A stretch of 38,767 bases of DNA from a virus (taxonomy: Duplodnaviria; Caudoviricetes). Position numbers and translations under genes: made by a program. Every line of letters starts with the position of its first letter. Position 1 is the stretch's first letter. The notes under the pieces are model-generated. The model did not search any database. It was not told the DNA's origin and worked only from the letters and a program-made list of their open reading frames with translations. Location of the stretch: positions 1-38,767 of IMG/VR virus record IMGVR_UViG_3300033067_002224. The stretch is one strand, 5' to 3'. Of the stretch, positions 19,229 to 27,554 are shown piece after piece.

Positions 19229-19519
19229 TTATTTTATATTTAAAAAAAGATTTACCAAATCATCCATTTGATAAATAGTTTGCTTTTCAAAATTTTTTGC
19301 CTTTAAAACATCCCAATATATACTTTTAGGTTTAGGATAGTATCCTTTTGGGGATCTGTTAAAATTTTCATCTTTCCACTCAGTAAAGTGAGTTAAGGAA
19401 AGTCTCATCATCAATTCGTGATCTTCCTTCCATACGAACCACTTTTTGTGGAAAAGCATACATATATTTGGAGATAAGAAAAATAATAAAACAGCAACTA
19501 CTATTAGGACATATATCAT
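19229..19519 (-). CDS. Membrane-anchored hypothetical protein
   Basis: N-terminal TM helix. Confidence 0.5.
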   Translation of the reverse strand: MIYVLIVVAVLLFFLSPNICMLFHKKWFVWKEDHELMMRLSLTHFTEWKDENFNRSPKGYYPKPKSIYWDVLKAKNFEKQTIYQMDDLVNLFLNIK

Positions 19520-20037
19520 ATGAATAAATTTATTAAATATTTTTCCATTTCTGGATATTGATTAGCCCCAACTTTGAGAAGAAATTCTTCATTTTCTTTT
19601 CGATACACGTCAAACATACGGCTTTTAGTCATTTTAGAATATTGAACGTTAGCTATACGATCACATAATTTTACAAATTGAGCTCCCTCTGTTAAACGAA
19701 TTCCTTCATAATATTTGTCGTTAGCTCGTTCTTTTCTAGAGCGTCCTTTTTCATTTGATAAAGCAAATACAATGTCAGCTACTTTTTCACCCAAAACTTC
19801 TTTAACATCATTATATGATGTGCGTGTATCTTCTATTAAGTCATGTCCATAGCATGCCAACTTAATTATATCAAATGCAGTTAACATTATATCTTTAAAC
19901 CGAATAAGGTGTTTAAAGTCTTCTGCTACCTGAGCAACCATTCTAAGGTGAAATTCATATGGTAAATATTCATCATAGTAATGATTAGTTTGTTTGTGCC
20001 TGTCAATGCACCATTGTATTTGTTCCGATGTGGTCAT
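19516..20037 (-). CDS. HD-domain hydrolase, SpoT/Mesh1-like (small alarmone hydrolase family)
   Basis: PYEFHL...GHDLIEDT...VKLCDRIAN motifs. Confidence 0.82.
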   Translation of the reverse strand: MTTSEQIQWCIDRHKQTNHYYDEYLPYEFHLRMVAQVAEDFKHLIRFKDIMLTAFDIIKLACYGHDLIEDTRTSYNDVKEVLGEKVADIVFALSNEKGRSRKERANDKYYEGIRLTEGAQFVKLCDRIANVQYSKMTKSRMFDVYRKENEEFLLKVGANQYPEMEKYLINLFI

Positions 20038-20039
20038 AA

Positions 20040-20332
20040 TTATACTATTGTTATATTTTGATCTAGTTCAATGGGTTTTATATCGTAATTAACTATTTTA
20101 TTTGCTTCCCGAACAGTTGCATAAGTGTTCCAAAATTTTTTGTCCTTCAAAATTTTCATGTTATGTGCCTCTTTCGCCATTTCTGGCAAAAGTTTGGATA
20201 TTTCTTCTCTTTCTAGTCTTTTTAAGTCAATAGCTTGTTGGGCAAGCTCGGGAGATGAATATATATACCACCAACATCATTCCATGATGAATCATATTCT
20301 CCTCCCGAGACTTCTACTAAATAAACAATCAT
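20040..20332 (-). pseudogene. Frameshifted hypothetical gene (+2 in an AT dinucleotide tract)
   Basis: MIVYLVEVSGGEYDSSWNDVGGIY then ATATATATA at 20259-20267; removing 2 nt restores a 96-aa ORF filling the gap exactly. Confidence 0.65.
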
Positions 20333-20334
20333 TT

Positions 20335-20841
20335 TTAGTTGATTTTAAACGAATTTCCTGCCTGTGGTAAACCCCCCACTAAAACGTTTAATCGATTAGA
20401 ATCAACAAAGTATGCGTTAGTTAACGCGATTGAAAATTGGCTTTGGTGACCGTAAACACTTCCTTGTAAAATATAAGTTGTTACTGACGTTAGGGGAACT
20501 GCTTTCTTAAAAGCAACAGTTATGGTATCTCCTGATGCTGATATTGTGGTAGGTATTTGGGAACCATTTAGGTAAAATTTAAAACTTTTTCCAAGGCGAG
20601 ATGTGTTATCCTTTAACACAAATTGTAGTTTGACAGGATAAACTGTGGTCTGGACATAAAAACTATCACTTTGTAAAGTGTTTACACCTGGTGATAGAAA
20701 CACATTTGTTGGTGTGTGGTTATAAAATGTAACGACATCCGTCGTTAATTCATCACTTTGTTGTGATGTAACACTTGATACTTGCTTCTGACACGAGGTT
20801 AATGCTAACAGTAATGTTAGACTTACGAGGATTTTTTTCAT
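20335..20841 (-). CDS. Lipoprotein
   Basis: MKKILVSLTLLLALTS|C lipobox; beta-rich body. Confidence 0.7.
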   Translation of the reverse strand: MKKILVSLTLLLALTSCQKQVSSVTSQQSDELTTDVVTFYNHTPTNVFLSPGVNTLQSDSFYVQTTVYPVKLQFVLKDNTSRLGKSFKFYLNGSQIPTTISASGDTITVAFKKAVPLTSVTTYILQGSVYGHQSQFSIALTNAYFVDSNRLNVLVGGLPQAGNSFKIN

Positions 20842-21239
20842 TGTTTTTTATTTTTTAAATGCTGACTAAATTGATATAGAGCTTCAAATACTGCTTCTTT
20901 TTTATCTTTTCCCGTTGTATTTATATTGCAGAAATATTCCCATCCTTTATCAGTTGCATTTCTATATTTATCTATAGTTGTCTCTATAGAATGAATTCCT
21001 GCATAACATCTATTCATTTGGAAATAATAAAGTTTATCTTTTTTATCTTTAAACTTTAAATTTTCTATCCATTCTATGGCTTCATATTGCCAATTAGCAT
21101 CTGAATCAAAAGGAATAATTTTTATATATTCTGGACTGTTTGGTAGTCTTAAATGGTTATAGAAAGATTTTTCTTTATCATCTTGATATGAATATCCAAG
21201 CATTTTAGCTATTGCTATATTTTTTTCTTGTCTTGTCAT
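20838..21239 (-). CDS. Hypothetical protein
   Basis: ORF tiling. Confidence 0.55.
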   Translation of the reverse strand: MTRQEKNIAIAKMLGYSYQDDKEKSFYNHLRLPNSPEYIKIIPFDSDANWQYEAIEWIENLKFKDKKDKLYYFQMNRCYAGIHSIETTIDKYRNATDKGWEYFCNINTTGKDKKEAVFEALYQFSQHLKNKKQ

Positions 21240-21580
21240 AATAAAGGTATCTCAGGTGCATTAATAATACTATCCTCGTCTACAATAGCTCCTACCAATT
21301 CATCGGGATTAGAAATACTTCCACATGTTACACAAGCTCCCCAATAAGGAGTGTGGTCTGAACATCTTGGCTCATAAAGATTTTTAGTGGTGGCATGTTT
21401 AGCTACATTCTCCCTATCAGCTTTAATAGCTTCTCTTGTTCTATCATCTGATAGTTTTAATATTTCTGTAGCGGCATTTTCTAACTCTTCAAGAGTAAGT
21501 ATGTATTTACCATCTTCTTTTCCGCCATTCATATAGATGGAATCCATTACATCATCCTTAAATTGCTCTGCTGTTTTCAT
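21236..21580 (-). CDS. Hypothetical protein with CxxH...CxxC
   Basis: CSDH...CVTC, a possible zinc ribbon. Confidence 0.55.
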   Translation of the reverse strand: MKTAEQFKDDVMDSIYMNGGKEDGKYILTLEELENAATEILKLSDDRTREAIKADRENVAKHATTKNLYEPRCSDHTPYWGACVTCGSISNPDELVGAIVDEDSIINAPEIPLL

Positions 21581-21873
21581 GGTTGTTTATAAGAGGATAT
21601 TCTTGCCTGATATAAAGCTTCTGTTATATTAAATTCATTTAATTCTTCTGAATGTTCTATCGCTTTAGTAATTATATCCTTTTCATCAAAAGATATTTGT
21701 TTACCTTTCGTCATTAGTAATTCTGTCGATATTGCCGATTTAGCTCCATACCTAGCAAAATTAAATGTACCATTTTCTGTTTTATCTTCAGCATTTTCTT
21801 TTAAAAGAGTATTATAATGTTGAATTAACCCCATAATATCCTCTATAGGAATTAGTATGTGTGTTGATTTCAT
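21577..21873 (-). CDS. Hypothetical protein (likely start MKSTHIL)
   Basis: ATGA overlap with a small upstream ORF. Confidence 0.5.
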   Translation of the reverse strand: MKSTHILIPIEDIMGLIQHYNTLLKENAEDKTENGTFNFARYGAKSAISTELLMTKGKQISFDEKDIITKAIEHSEELNEFNITEALYQARISSYKQP

Positions 21874-22016
21874 GACTTCCTCCATTTAAATTCACATTCA
21901 AATTCTTGTACCTTCTTGGGACCTTTAGTGTAGGTAGAAGGATATTTCTTAGCCATTTCAGCATATTCTTTATCAGTGAGTAGAGATTCTACCCATATTG
22001 GTTTACCTTCTTTCAT
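21870..22016 (-). CDS. Small hypothetical protein (48 aa)
   Basis: Hand-translated MKEGKPIWVES...FKWRKS; ATGA overlaps on both sides. Confidence 0.5.
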   Translation of the reverse strand: MKEGKPIWVESLLTDKEYAEMAKKYPSTYTKGPKKVQEFECEFKWRKS

Positions 22017-22501
22017 TTCTTTTTATTTTGATCCCACCAATCACTATGCATTTTATCATTTGAATGAAATGCTTTTCTCGTTAGTTTTTCTACTTCCTCT
22101 TCTGTATATATAATAGGAGTATTAATTATCAAATGAGCTATTTCAAATGGGTATGGTGTTTCGAATTCTATTTCTTTTCCTATTAAGGTTATTCCTTTTT
22201 CCCAATCATTGGGATGTAGAGGAAGTATTGAAACTCCTTTGGAAGGTTTTATTCCACTTGCATAAAATTGAGCTGGGGGTGGAGAATTATCATATTCTAC
22301 AACTAATTGTTGTAGTTCTGATATGGAAAATGGGAGAAGAAACATTCTCTTTAATGAGACTAAATTTTTAAAGCCATTATGCTCTACCCCTATTTTTAAT
22401 ATTTCATCTATAGTTAGATGATTAAGTTGTCCGTCTCCCCATATCACCTTCATTCCTTCTTTAGGATTTTCTATTGGTACTAATTTAATTGTTCCTTTCA
22501 T
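22013..22501 (-). CDS. Hypothetical protein
   Basis: ORF tiling; YTEEEV...WWDQNKKK tail. Confidence 0.55.
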   Translation of the reverse strand: MKGTIKLVPIENPKEGMKVIWGDGQLNHLTIDEILKIGVEHNGFKNLVSLKRMFLLPFSISELQQLVVEYDNSPPPAQFYASGIKPSKGVSILPLHPNDWEKGITLIGKEIEFETPYPFEIAHLIINTPIIYTEEEVEKLTRKAFHSNDKMHSDWWDQNKKK

Positions 22502-22740
22502 TTTAATCGGTATAGTGGTTCCTCAACTCGTTGATATTCAGGGCATTTATTATTTTGAGTAGGGTTTTCTAATGTTAGAAGTAACACTGTTATTAGCATT
22601 ATAAATGCAAAACATACTATAGCTAGTAAATAACCAATACTTGCATAATTTCCATTTGTTTTATCTTTGGAAATAATAATTAGTCCTAATGTAAATAGGA
22701 GGGTAAATCCACTTAGGATTATAATTTGTGCTGTTGTCAT
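22498..22740 (-). CDS. Two-TM membrane protein
   Basis: Two hydrophobic helices. Confidence 0.55.
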   Translation of the reverse strand: MTTAQIIILSGFTLLFTLGLIIISKDKTNGNYASIGYLLAIVCFAFIMLITVLLLTLENPTQNNKCPEYQRVEEPLYRLK

Positions 22741-22741
22741 T

Positions 22742-22945
22742 TTAACGAAGTTTATTAATTTGTTTGCCTATATACCATAGGAGAGCGATTATTAACATAA
22801 TTAACCACCAGGGAAATGTTATGAATAATATTGTTATCAACGTAAAAATGATAAAGGGTAATACTACTCCTAGTAATACCCCTAGTATCCCCAATAAACA
22901 TAGCAATATTGCTAGTACCGTAAGGCCAGTTATAAAATGTCTCAT
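22742..22945 (-). CDS. Highly hydrophobic membrane protein
   Basis: About 55 consecutive apolar residues. Confidence 0.55.
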   Translation of the reverse strand: MRHFITGLTVLAILLCLLGILGVLLGVVLPFIIFTLITILFITFPWWLIMLIIALLWYIGKQINKLR

Positions 22946-23115
22946 TATTTAGGTTTAAAATTCCATTCTGAATGATAAAAGGTATCTATTGTTTTAACCC
23001 ATTCTCCTCTTTCCGCTCTTCCCTCACTTTTACCAATGGTTTCTCCTAAAATAAGGAGACAATATGTATATCCTGCAAATAGGAGGCAAATTGCAATTGT
23101 TGATATTATTTTCAT
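22945..23115 (-). CDS. Small membrane-anchored protein (56 aa)
   Basis: Hand-translated MKIISTIAICLLFAGYTYCLLILG...; overlaps neighbours by ATGA/TAATG. Confidence 0.5.
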   Translation of the reverse strand: MKIISTIAICLLFAGYTYCLLILGETIGKSEGRAERGEWVKTIDTFYHSEWNFKPK

Positions 23116-23477
23116 TTTCGTAAAAAGTTTATATATAGCGTATCACGACTAACATACCCTGTTAAGGTATCTTTATGACCGGCATCAGCTGATATTAGAT
23201 TATAGTTTGGTGGTAAATCCAACACATACTTATATTGATTATTATCTTTAAAGTAGTGTATTGGATTACGGCAATTACCCTTGTGTGTAAGGGAATATGT
23301 GCGCGTATCACCAACACCTCGTTCAACTTCAATATATTCACATCCATCTATGGTGCGAATAGTATATGCGCTATCAGGAATTTCTTCCTGGGGTTGTTGC
23401 ATAGTACATGCGATTGCCATGTATGAAATAAATGCTGCAACCCACAGCATTAGTGGTATGTATTCTTTTTTTGTCAT
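23112..23477 (-). CDS. Lipoprotein-like protein
   Basis: Signal-like N-terminus ending AIAC; IDGCEYI...LTHKGNCRNPIH. Confidence 0.55.
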   Translation of the reverse strand: MTKKEYIPLMLWVAAFISYMAIACTMQQPQEEIPDSAYTIRTIDGCEYIEVERGVGDTRTYSLTHKGNCRNPIHYFKDNNQYKYVLDLPPNYNLISADAGHKDTLTGYVSRDTLYINFLRK

Positions 23478-23488
23478 ATTACCAAATT

Positions 23489-24100
23489 GATGTTGATGAG
23501 ATAGACTATATGGATATTTTGTTTATTAGTTATTACCCACATCATTACGTCCACACTGTGCATCATTTCAAGTGTGAATTAGTCACTTCCAGATTATAGT
23601 CAATTAGCACCCTTTCTTACAGCTAGTAAGAGTAGGGTCGTGCTGAGAACTCATTTGTGCTGTAGTGACTTCCAAATAAAAGGAGATTTAACTTGTACCT
23701 TAGTATTTGGTCCTATTTTCCACTCTTAGTTTTCGTATTCCATATCTCAATTTGGAACAACACATTCCATATTACTATGGAAATTTTAGAATTGTAAATG
23801 CAGAGTTATACATATCTGCTACCACCATATATAACCTATTGGTTGCCCATAGGATTTTCATGTATTTTTAATTACAATTCAAGGAATGTGATAACCTTTT
23901 TGGTAATTTCGATAAAGGGACTAGGCACCCTAAATATTAGCGACAAAAAACTAGTCCTAAGAGCTATTCCATGCCCAGATAATCACCTAGGATTACCAGA
24001 TGTTAACCTTTCCTTCTCGCTTTTTACAGCAGATTTCGGAGCACTATGCTTATCGACCGCTTAGTCATAACGGCTGCCACTAATACGCCTGCTTGACATC
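23489..24100 (-). ncRNA. Candidate large structured ncRNA / RNA-based insertion element
   Basis: No minus-strand ORF in an otherwise tightly packed genome; many 7-9 bp stems, GNRA loops, a pseudoknot, and a flanking 9-bp direct repeat. Confidence 0.6.
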
Positions 24101-24112
24101 TACCAAATTATT

Positions 24113-24208
24113 TTATTCATCACGTAATAATTTTACTGAAACAGCAGCTACAATAACGGCACAAACTGTAATAATTGTTATTGACGCGCTTAAGAATTGA
24201 TCTGACAT
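24113..24208 (-). CDS. Small hydrophobic peptide (31 aa)
   Basis: MSDQFLSASITIITVCAVIVAAVSVKLLRDE, directly downstream of a promoter motif. Confidence 0.45.
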   Translation of the reverse strand: MSDQFLSASITIITVCAVIVAAVSVKLLRDE

Positions 24209-24237
24209 TTTGCGTAACCTTTTGAATTATTTTTGAG

Positions 24238-24264
24238 TAAATGTAAGAAAAGAATTTTGACAAA
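24238..24264 (-). promoter_or_regulatory. Phage promoter motif TTTGTCA-N12-TAnnTTTA, copy 1
   Basis: TTTGTCAAAATTCTTTTCT-TACATTTA; five copies with fixed spacing, all upstream of starts. Confidence 0.65.
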
Positions 24265-24536
24265 AAACAAAAAATATATATAAAACTTTCGCCGAGATCT
24301 TTTTTTTTCTGATGCGCAAGGGTATGAAAAGTGTGCCAAAATGGAAAATGTGGTATCGTATATAAGTATATAGCATCGATGGTGAAAAGATAGTGTCGCG
24401 CTGCGAATACGTGGAAGTTTTATTGCGCCATGCACCACCCGTCGATGGACCGCAACGCGCGGTCATCTACTCACCAACTATATGACAGTGCTATAATTTT
24501 ATTTTGGGTAGCATTAAGTGCCCGTAAATTAATTGC

Positions 24537-24566
24537 AAAAAAATAGGGTACCATTGGTACCCTATT
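24537..24566 (-). terminator. Intrinsic terminator
   Basis: AATAGGGTACCA-T-TGGTACCCTATT with U-tract, after the stop at 24585. Confidence 0.8.
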
Positions 24567-24584
24567 GCTTGTTGTTTTCTACTA

Positions 24585-25202
24585 TTATTCTTCTTCTGTC
24601 CCTATCATTTCACCTATTGGTTCTTCGATTGGTTCTGTTTTAGGTGCTTCAATTACCACTTTAACTGAGGCAGGATTGGTAATTCCCATCTGTGCAAGGT
24701 ATGCTTTGGTCCTGTTTTCCATTTGCTTAGCAAGTTTCTTTTGACGCTCTGAAGTGGGGTTTAACGGGCGGCCTTGTTTACCTGTGCCTGATGTTCCTTT
24801 CTCAGCGAGGCGTTGTTGACGAGCTGAACCTGGAACGACCGGTCTGCCTTGTTGTAACTTGAAATCTTCAGGTAGTTCAGTAATCTTATCTACGTCTTCC
24901 TGAGACATGCCGGCATCAAGCTGTTTTTGCTTGTAAATTGCTAAACGGTGTTCGTGCTTGGCTTGCTCATCTGCCTGACGTTTTGATGTTGGATCAACTG
25001 GTCTGCCTGGCTTCATCTTGAAATCAGCAGGTATAACAATAACATCATCTTTCGCAGCTTCCTTGTCTGCAATGTGTTTAATTGCTTCATTACCTGATTT
25101 CTTAGCGATGTGCTGTACTAACTCTTCAACGCTGTGCTTCGTTGTGTCAAGACCCATTTCTTTTGCTGTCTTTTGCACTTGCTTGATTTGACTCTTTGTC
25201 AT
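24585..25202 (-). CDS. GRP-repeat (AT-hook-like) putative DNA-binding protein, paralog 1
   Basis: Three GRPxxPxSxRQ repeats; core strongly similar to 25568..26104. Confidence 0.7.
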   Translation of the reverse strand: MTKSQIKQVQKTAKEMGLDTTKHSVEELVQHIAKKSGNEAIKHIADKEAAKDDVIVIPADFKMKPGRPVDPTSKRQADEQAKHEHRLAIYKQKQLDAGMSQEDVDKITELPEDFKLQQGRPVVPGSARQQRLAEKGTSGTGKQGRPLNPTSERQKKLAKQMENRTKAYLAQMGITNPASVKVVIEAPKTEPIEEPIGEMIGTEEE

Positions 25203-25306
25203 TTTGCTTGTATTTAAATGGTGATTAAATGATTACTTATTTGCTCTATTTTTACATTGCTCATTTGTTTGTTGTTTAATTAGTTATAAAATATAAATAT
25301 AATATA

Positions 25307-25333
25307 TAAATATAATTAAAAAACTTTGACAAA
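25307..25333 (-). promoter_or_regulatory. Promoter motif copy 2
   Basis: TTTGTCAAAGTTTTTTAAT-TATATTTA. Confidence 0.6.
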
Positions 25334-25516
25334 AAAATATGCATTATAATTAGTTCACCCATTTGTTTATGGCGCTGCACTGTGTTTTAGGTATGATTAA
25401 TATCATATTATGATGATTCACCCCAAAATGCAACTTCACCCTGCAATGCAGTTTTCCTTTTTTCTAAGAAGCAGCATTAACTCCCTGCCTAGATGTGTTA
25501 TGTAATTCTTAAGCAT

Positions 25517-25543
25517 AAAAAAAGGACGCATTGCTGCGTCCTT
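25517..25543 (-). terminator. Intrinsic terminator
   Basis: AAGGACGCA-GCAA-TGCGTCCTT plus U-tract on the minus strand. Confidence 0.82.
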
Positions 25544-25567
25544 AACCAACCACATATAACCTGCACT

Positions 25568-26104
25568 TTATGCTTCTGCCATTTCTTCCATTTCTTCACT
25601 AAACACCTTTTCATCAGGTGTTTCAAGGCGCACCACAACCTTTGATGGATCAGTAATACCAAGTTGAGCTAAATAAGCTCTGGTCCTGTTTTCCATTTGC
25701 TGGGCAAGCTTTTTCTGACGTTCTGAATTAAGGTTTGTTGGGCGTCCCTGTTTACCATTACCAACTGAACCCTTGGCCAATTTTTGTTGACGTTCTGAAC
25801 CCGGTACTACTGGGCGGCCTTGTTTTAATTTGAAATCTTCAGGTAGCTCTTTTACAGCATCAATTTCTTCTTGCGTCGCACCTTCAGCTTTTAATTTCGC
25901 TTTATAAATCGCTAAACGATGTTCCTGTTTAGCAGCCTCATCAGCCTGACGCTTTGAGGTAGGATCAACCGGACGACCTGGCCTCATCTTAAAATCTGCA
26001 GGTATAACAATAACTTCAGGTGTAGTTTCTACTGCTTCACCTGTTGTCGGTGTAACTTCTGTTGTCTCAACAGCTGCTGTTACATTTTTTTCTGTCTTTT
26101 TCAT
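25568..26104 (-). CDS. GRP-repeat (AT-hook-like) putative DNA-binding protein, paralog 2
   Basis: VIVIPADFKMRPGRPVDPTSKRQADE...; three GRP repeats. Confidence 0.7.
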   Translation of the reverse strand: MKKTEKNVTAAVETTEVTPTTGEAVETTPEVIVIPADFKMRPGRPVDPTSKRQADEAAKQEHRLAIYKAKLKAEGATQEEIDAVKELPEDFKLKQGRPVVPGSERQQKLAKGSVGNGKQGRPTNLNSERQKKLAQQMENRTRAYLAQLGITDPSKVVVRLETPDEKVFSEEMEEMAEA

Positions 26105-26143
26105 AACTTGTAATTGTTTTGTTTTAATTTTTAAACTTGTAAT

Positions 26144-26170
26144 TAAAATTAAAAAAAAGATTGTGACAAA
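26144..26170 (-). promoter_or_regulatory. Promoter motif copy 3
   Basis: TTTGTCACAATCTTTTTTT-TAATTTTA. Confidence 0.6.
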
Positions 26171-26376
26171 AAAAGAAAATACTAAAATAATTAATCATGA
26201 ATGATATTAGTGCTCGACTATAAAAAGGGCGGGACGGGGCGGGAATGGGTTCCGTCCTGCGCTCTCTACCATTACACCCGCTATTTAGATATTCCACATA
26301 CATTCGTCCACTATTTAACTTATTATATGGTTACCACACCCCTATTTAGGTATCCATTATTATTGTTTGACACACG

Positions 26377-27000
26377 TTAGTCCTTTAACGAAGGCACTAA
26401 TACTAGCGAACCTACGCTATCTGTTTTAATTTCCCACGCATAATCTTTATTTAACCAAAAACCCTTTTCCGCATATTCACCCCTATTTCTTACATCTAGT
26501 AGGTATCTGTGTGTACTATCCTTTTTTATTTCTACACTTCGATCACCTAATCCTGGGTATCTTTTCCTTAGCTCACCTCCCCATTTCTTACACCCTTTGT
26601 ATTTTTCCATCATTTCTTCAACAAACATCTCCGTCGTCGTAGCAGCAAACATATTAACATTTGCTTCAATGAGTCGCTTGGTTTCATTAGGTGCTACTTC
26701 CCATGCTTTTTTCACAAATTCAATATCAACCGCTATTGTTTTTGCTTTTAATGGTGTATCCATCATTAGTATGCCTGTTGTTGTAGATGGTAAATCTGGT
26801 TTATTATGTTTATCACCTGTATACATGTATAAAGTATTATTATGTTTCTTGATCCAAAAATATCTATCTGGATTTATAAATGTTAACTTTACATCACAGG
26901 ATGTAATATATTCTTTCCACGTTGGCCAATCTGAATCATGTAACGCTACACATTCACCCTTTAGGAATTCATCTATTGTGAAACGATTCTTGGTATTCAT
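26377..27000 (-). CDS. EANVNMF family hypothetical protein, paralog 1
   Basis: Shares KRLIEANVNMF..TTT and a C-terminal WEIK...LVP with two nearby ORFs. Confidence 0.7.
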   Translation of the reverse strand: MNTKNRFTIDEFLKGECVALHDSDWPTWKEYITSCDVKLTFINPDRYFWIKKHNNTLYMYTGDKHNKPDLPSTTTGILMMDTPLKAKTIAVDIEFVKKAWEVAPNETKRLIEANVNMFAATTTEMFVEEMMEKYKGCKKWGGELRKRYPGLGDRSVEIKKDSTHRYLLDVRNRGEYAEKGFWLNKDYAWEIKTDSVGSLVLVPSLKD

Positions 27001-27158
27001 TTTGTTTTTGATTTTTTCAATTCAACAATATCGGCTGCATAGCCGCCAGCTAGCCATCCTCCTACCATACACACCAGCCAGTCGCCAGGGAACCGATTTA
27101 CTATTGCAAATAGTGCTAATCCCAAAGATAACACTAACATTATTATTTTCTTAATCAT
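26997..27158 (-). CDS. Small two-TM protein (53 aa)
   Basis: Hand-translated MIKKIIMLVLSLGLALFAIV...GGWLAGGYAA. Confidence 0.5.
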   Translation of the reverse strand: MIKKIIMLVLSLGLALFAIVNRFPGDWLVCMVGGWLAGGYAADIVELKKSKTK

Positions 27159-27354
27159 ATGGTGATTTTATTTGTTCGTGCCACCATGCTACTTCATAAC
27201 CAGCATGTTCAAATGTTCTACCTGAATCTTGTACCCAAGTGCCACCCAATAAAAATCCAACTTTGGTAGCTCCAGATGTTGTGTAGCATAATACTCTTTT
27301 ACCCTCAGGTGGTAATTTATCTTTTTCTTCTACTTTAATCCATCCGTTATTCAT
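27151..27354 (-). CDS. DUF551-like small phage protein
   Basis: WIKVE..KLPPEGKRVLC...VAWW pattern. Confidence 0.6.
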   Translation of the reverse strand: MNNGWIKVEEKDKLPPEGKRVLCYTTSGATKVGFLLGGTWVQDSGRTFEHAGYEVAWWHEQIKSPYD

Positions 27355-27553
27355 GTTCTTTGATTTTATCCAATTTAGCTTTTATCTCAGGAGTCATTTC
27401 TTCGGGTGGCATATCTTCTATTGTTTCCTTAGCTAATGCTAGTAGTTCTTTTCTTATGTTGTCATTAATATTAGGACCACTAGTCACTAACCGATTTAAT
27501 AATTCCAATTTTTCATTGATAATTATTCGCTTAATAAGATTATCTGCTGCCAT
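27347..27553 (-). CDS. Hypothetical protein
   Basis: ORF tiling. Confidence 0.5.
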   Translation of the reverse strand: MAADNLIKRIIINEKLELLNRLVTSGPNINDNIRKELLALAKETIEDMPPEEMTPEIKAKLDKIKEHE

Positions 27554-27554
27554 T

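Noticed and set aside
23798-24064. Plus-strand 88-aa ORF inside the structured element
   Set aside because: It is opposite to all transcription and resembles no transposase or homing endonuclease.
23489-24100. tRNA/tmRNA or a firm group I intron call
   Set aside because: No T-loop GTTCRA cloverleaf was seen; group I P4-P6, J8/7 and the G-binding bulge match poorly, and no split ORF is evident.
24190-24466. ORFs 24190..24438 and 24227..24466
   Set aside because: They span a promoter motif and poly-A/T tracts, overlap each other, have odd composition and lie after a terminator.
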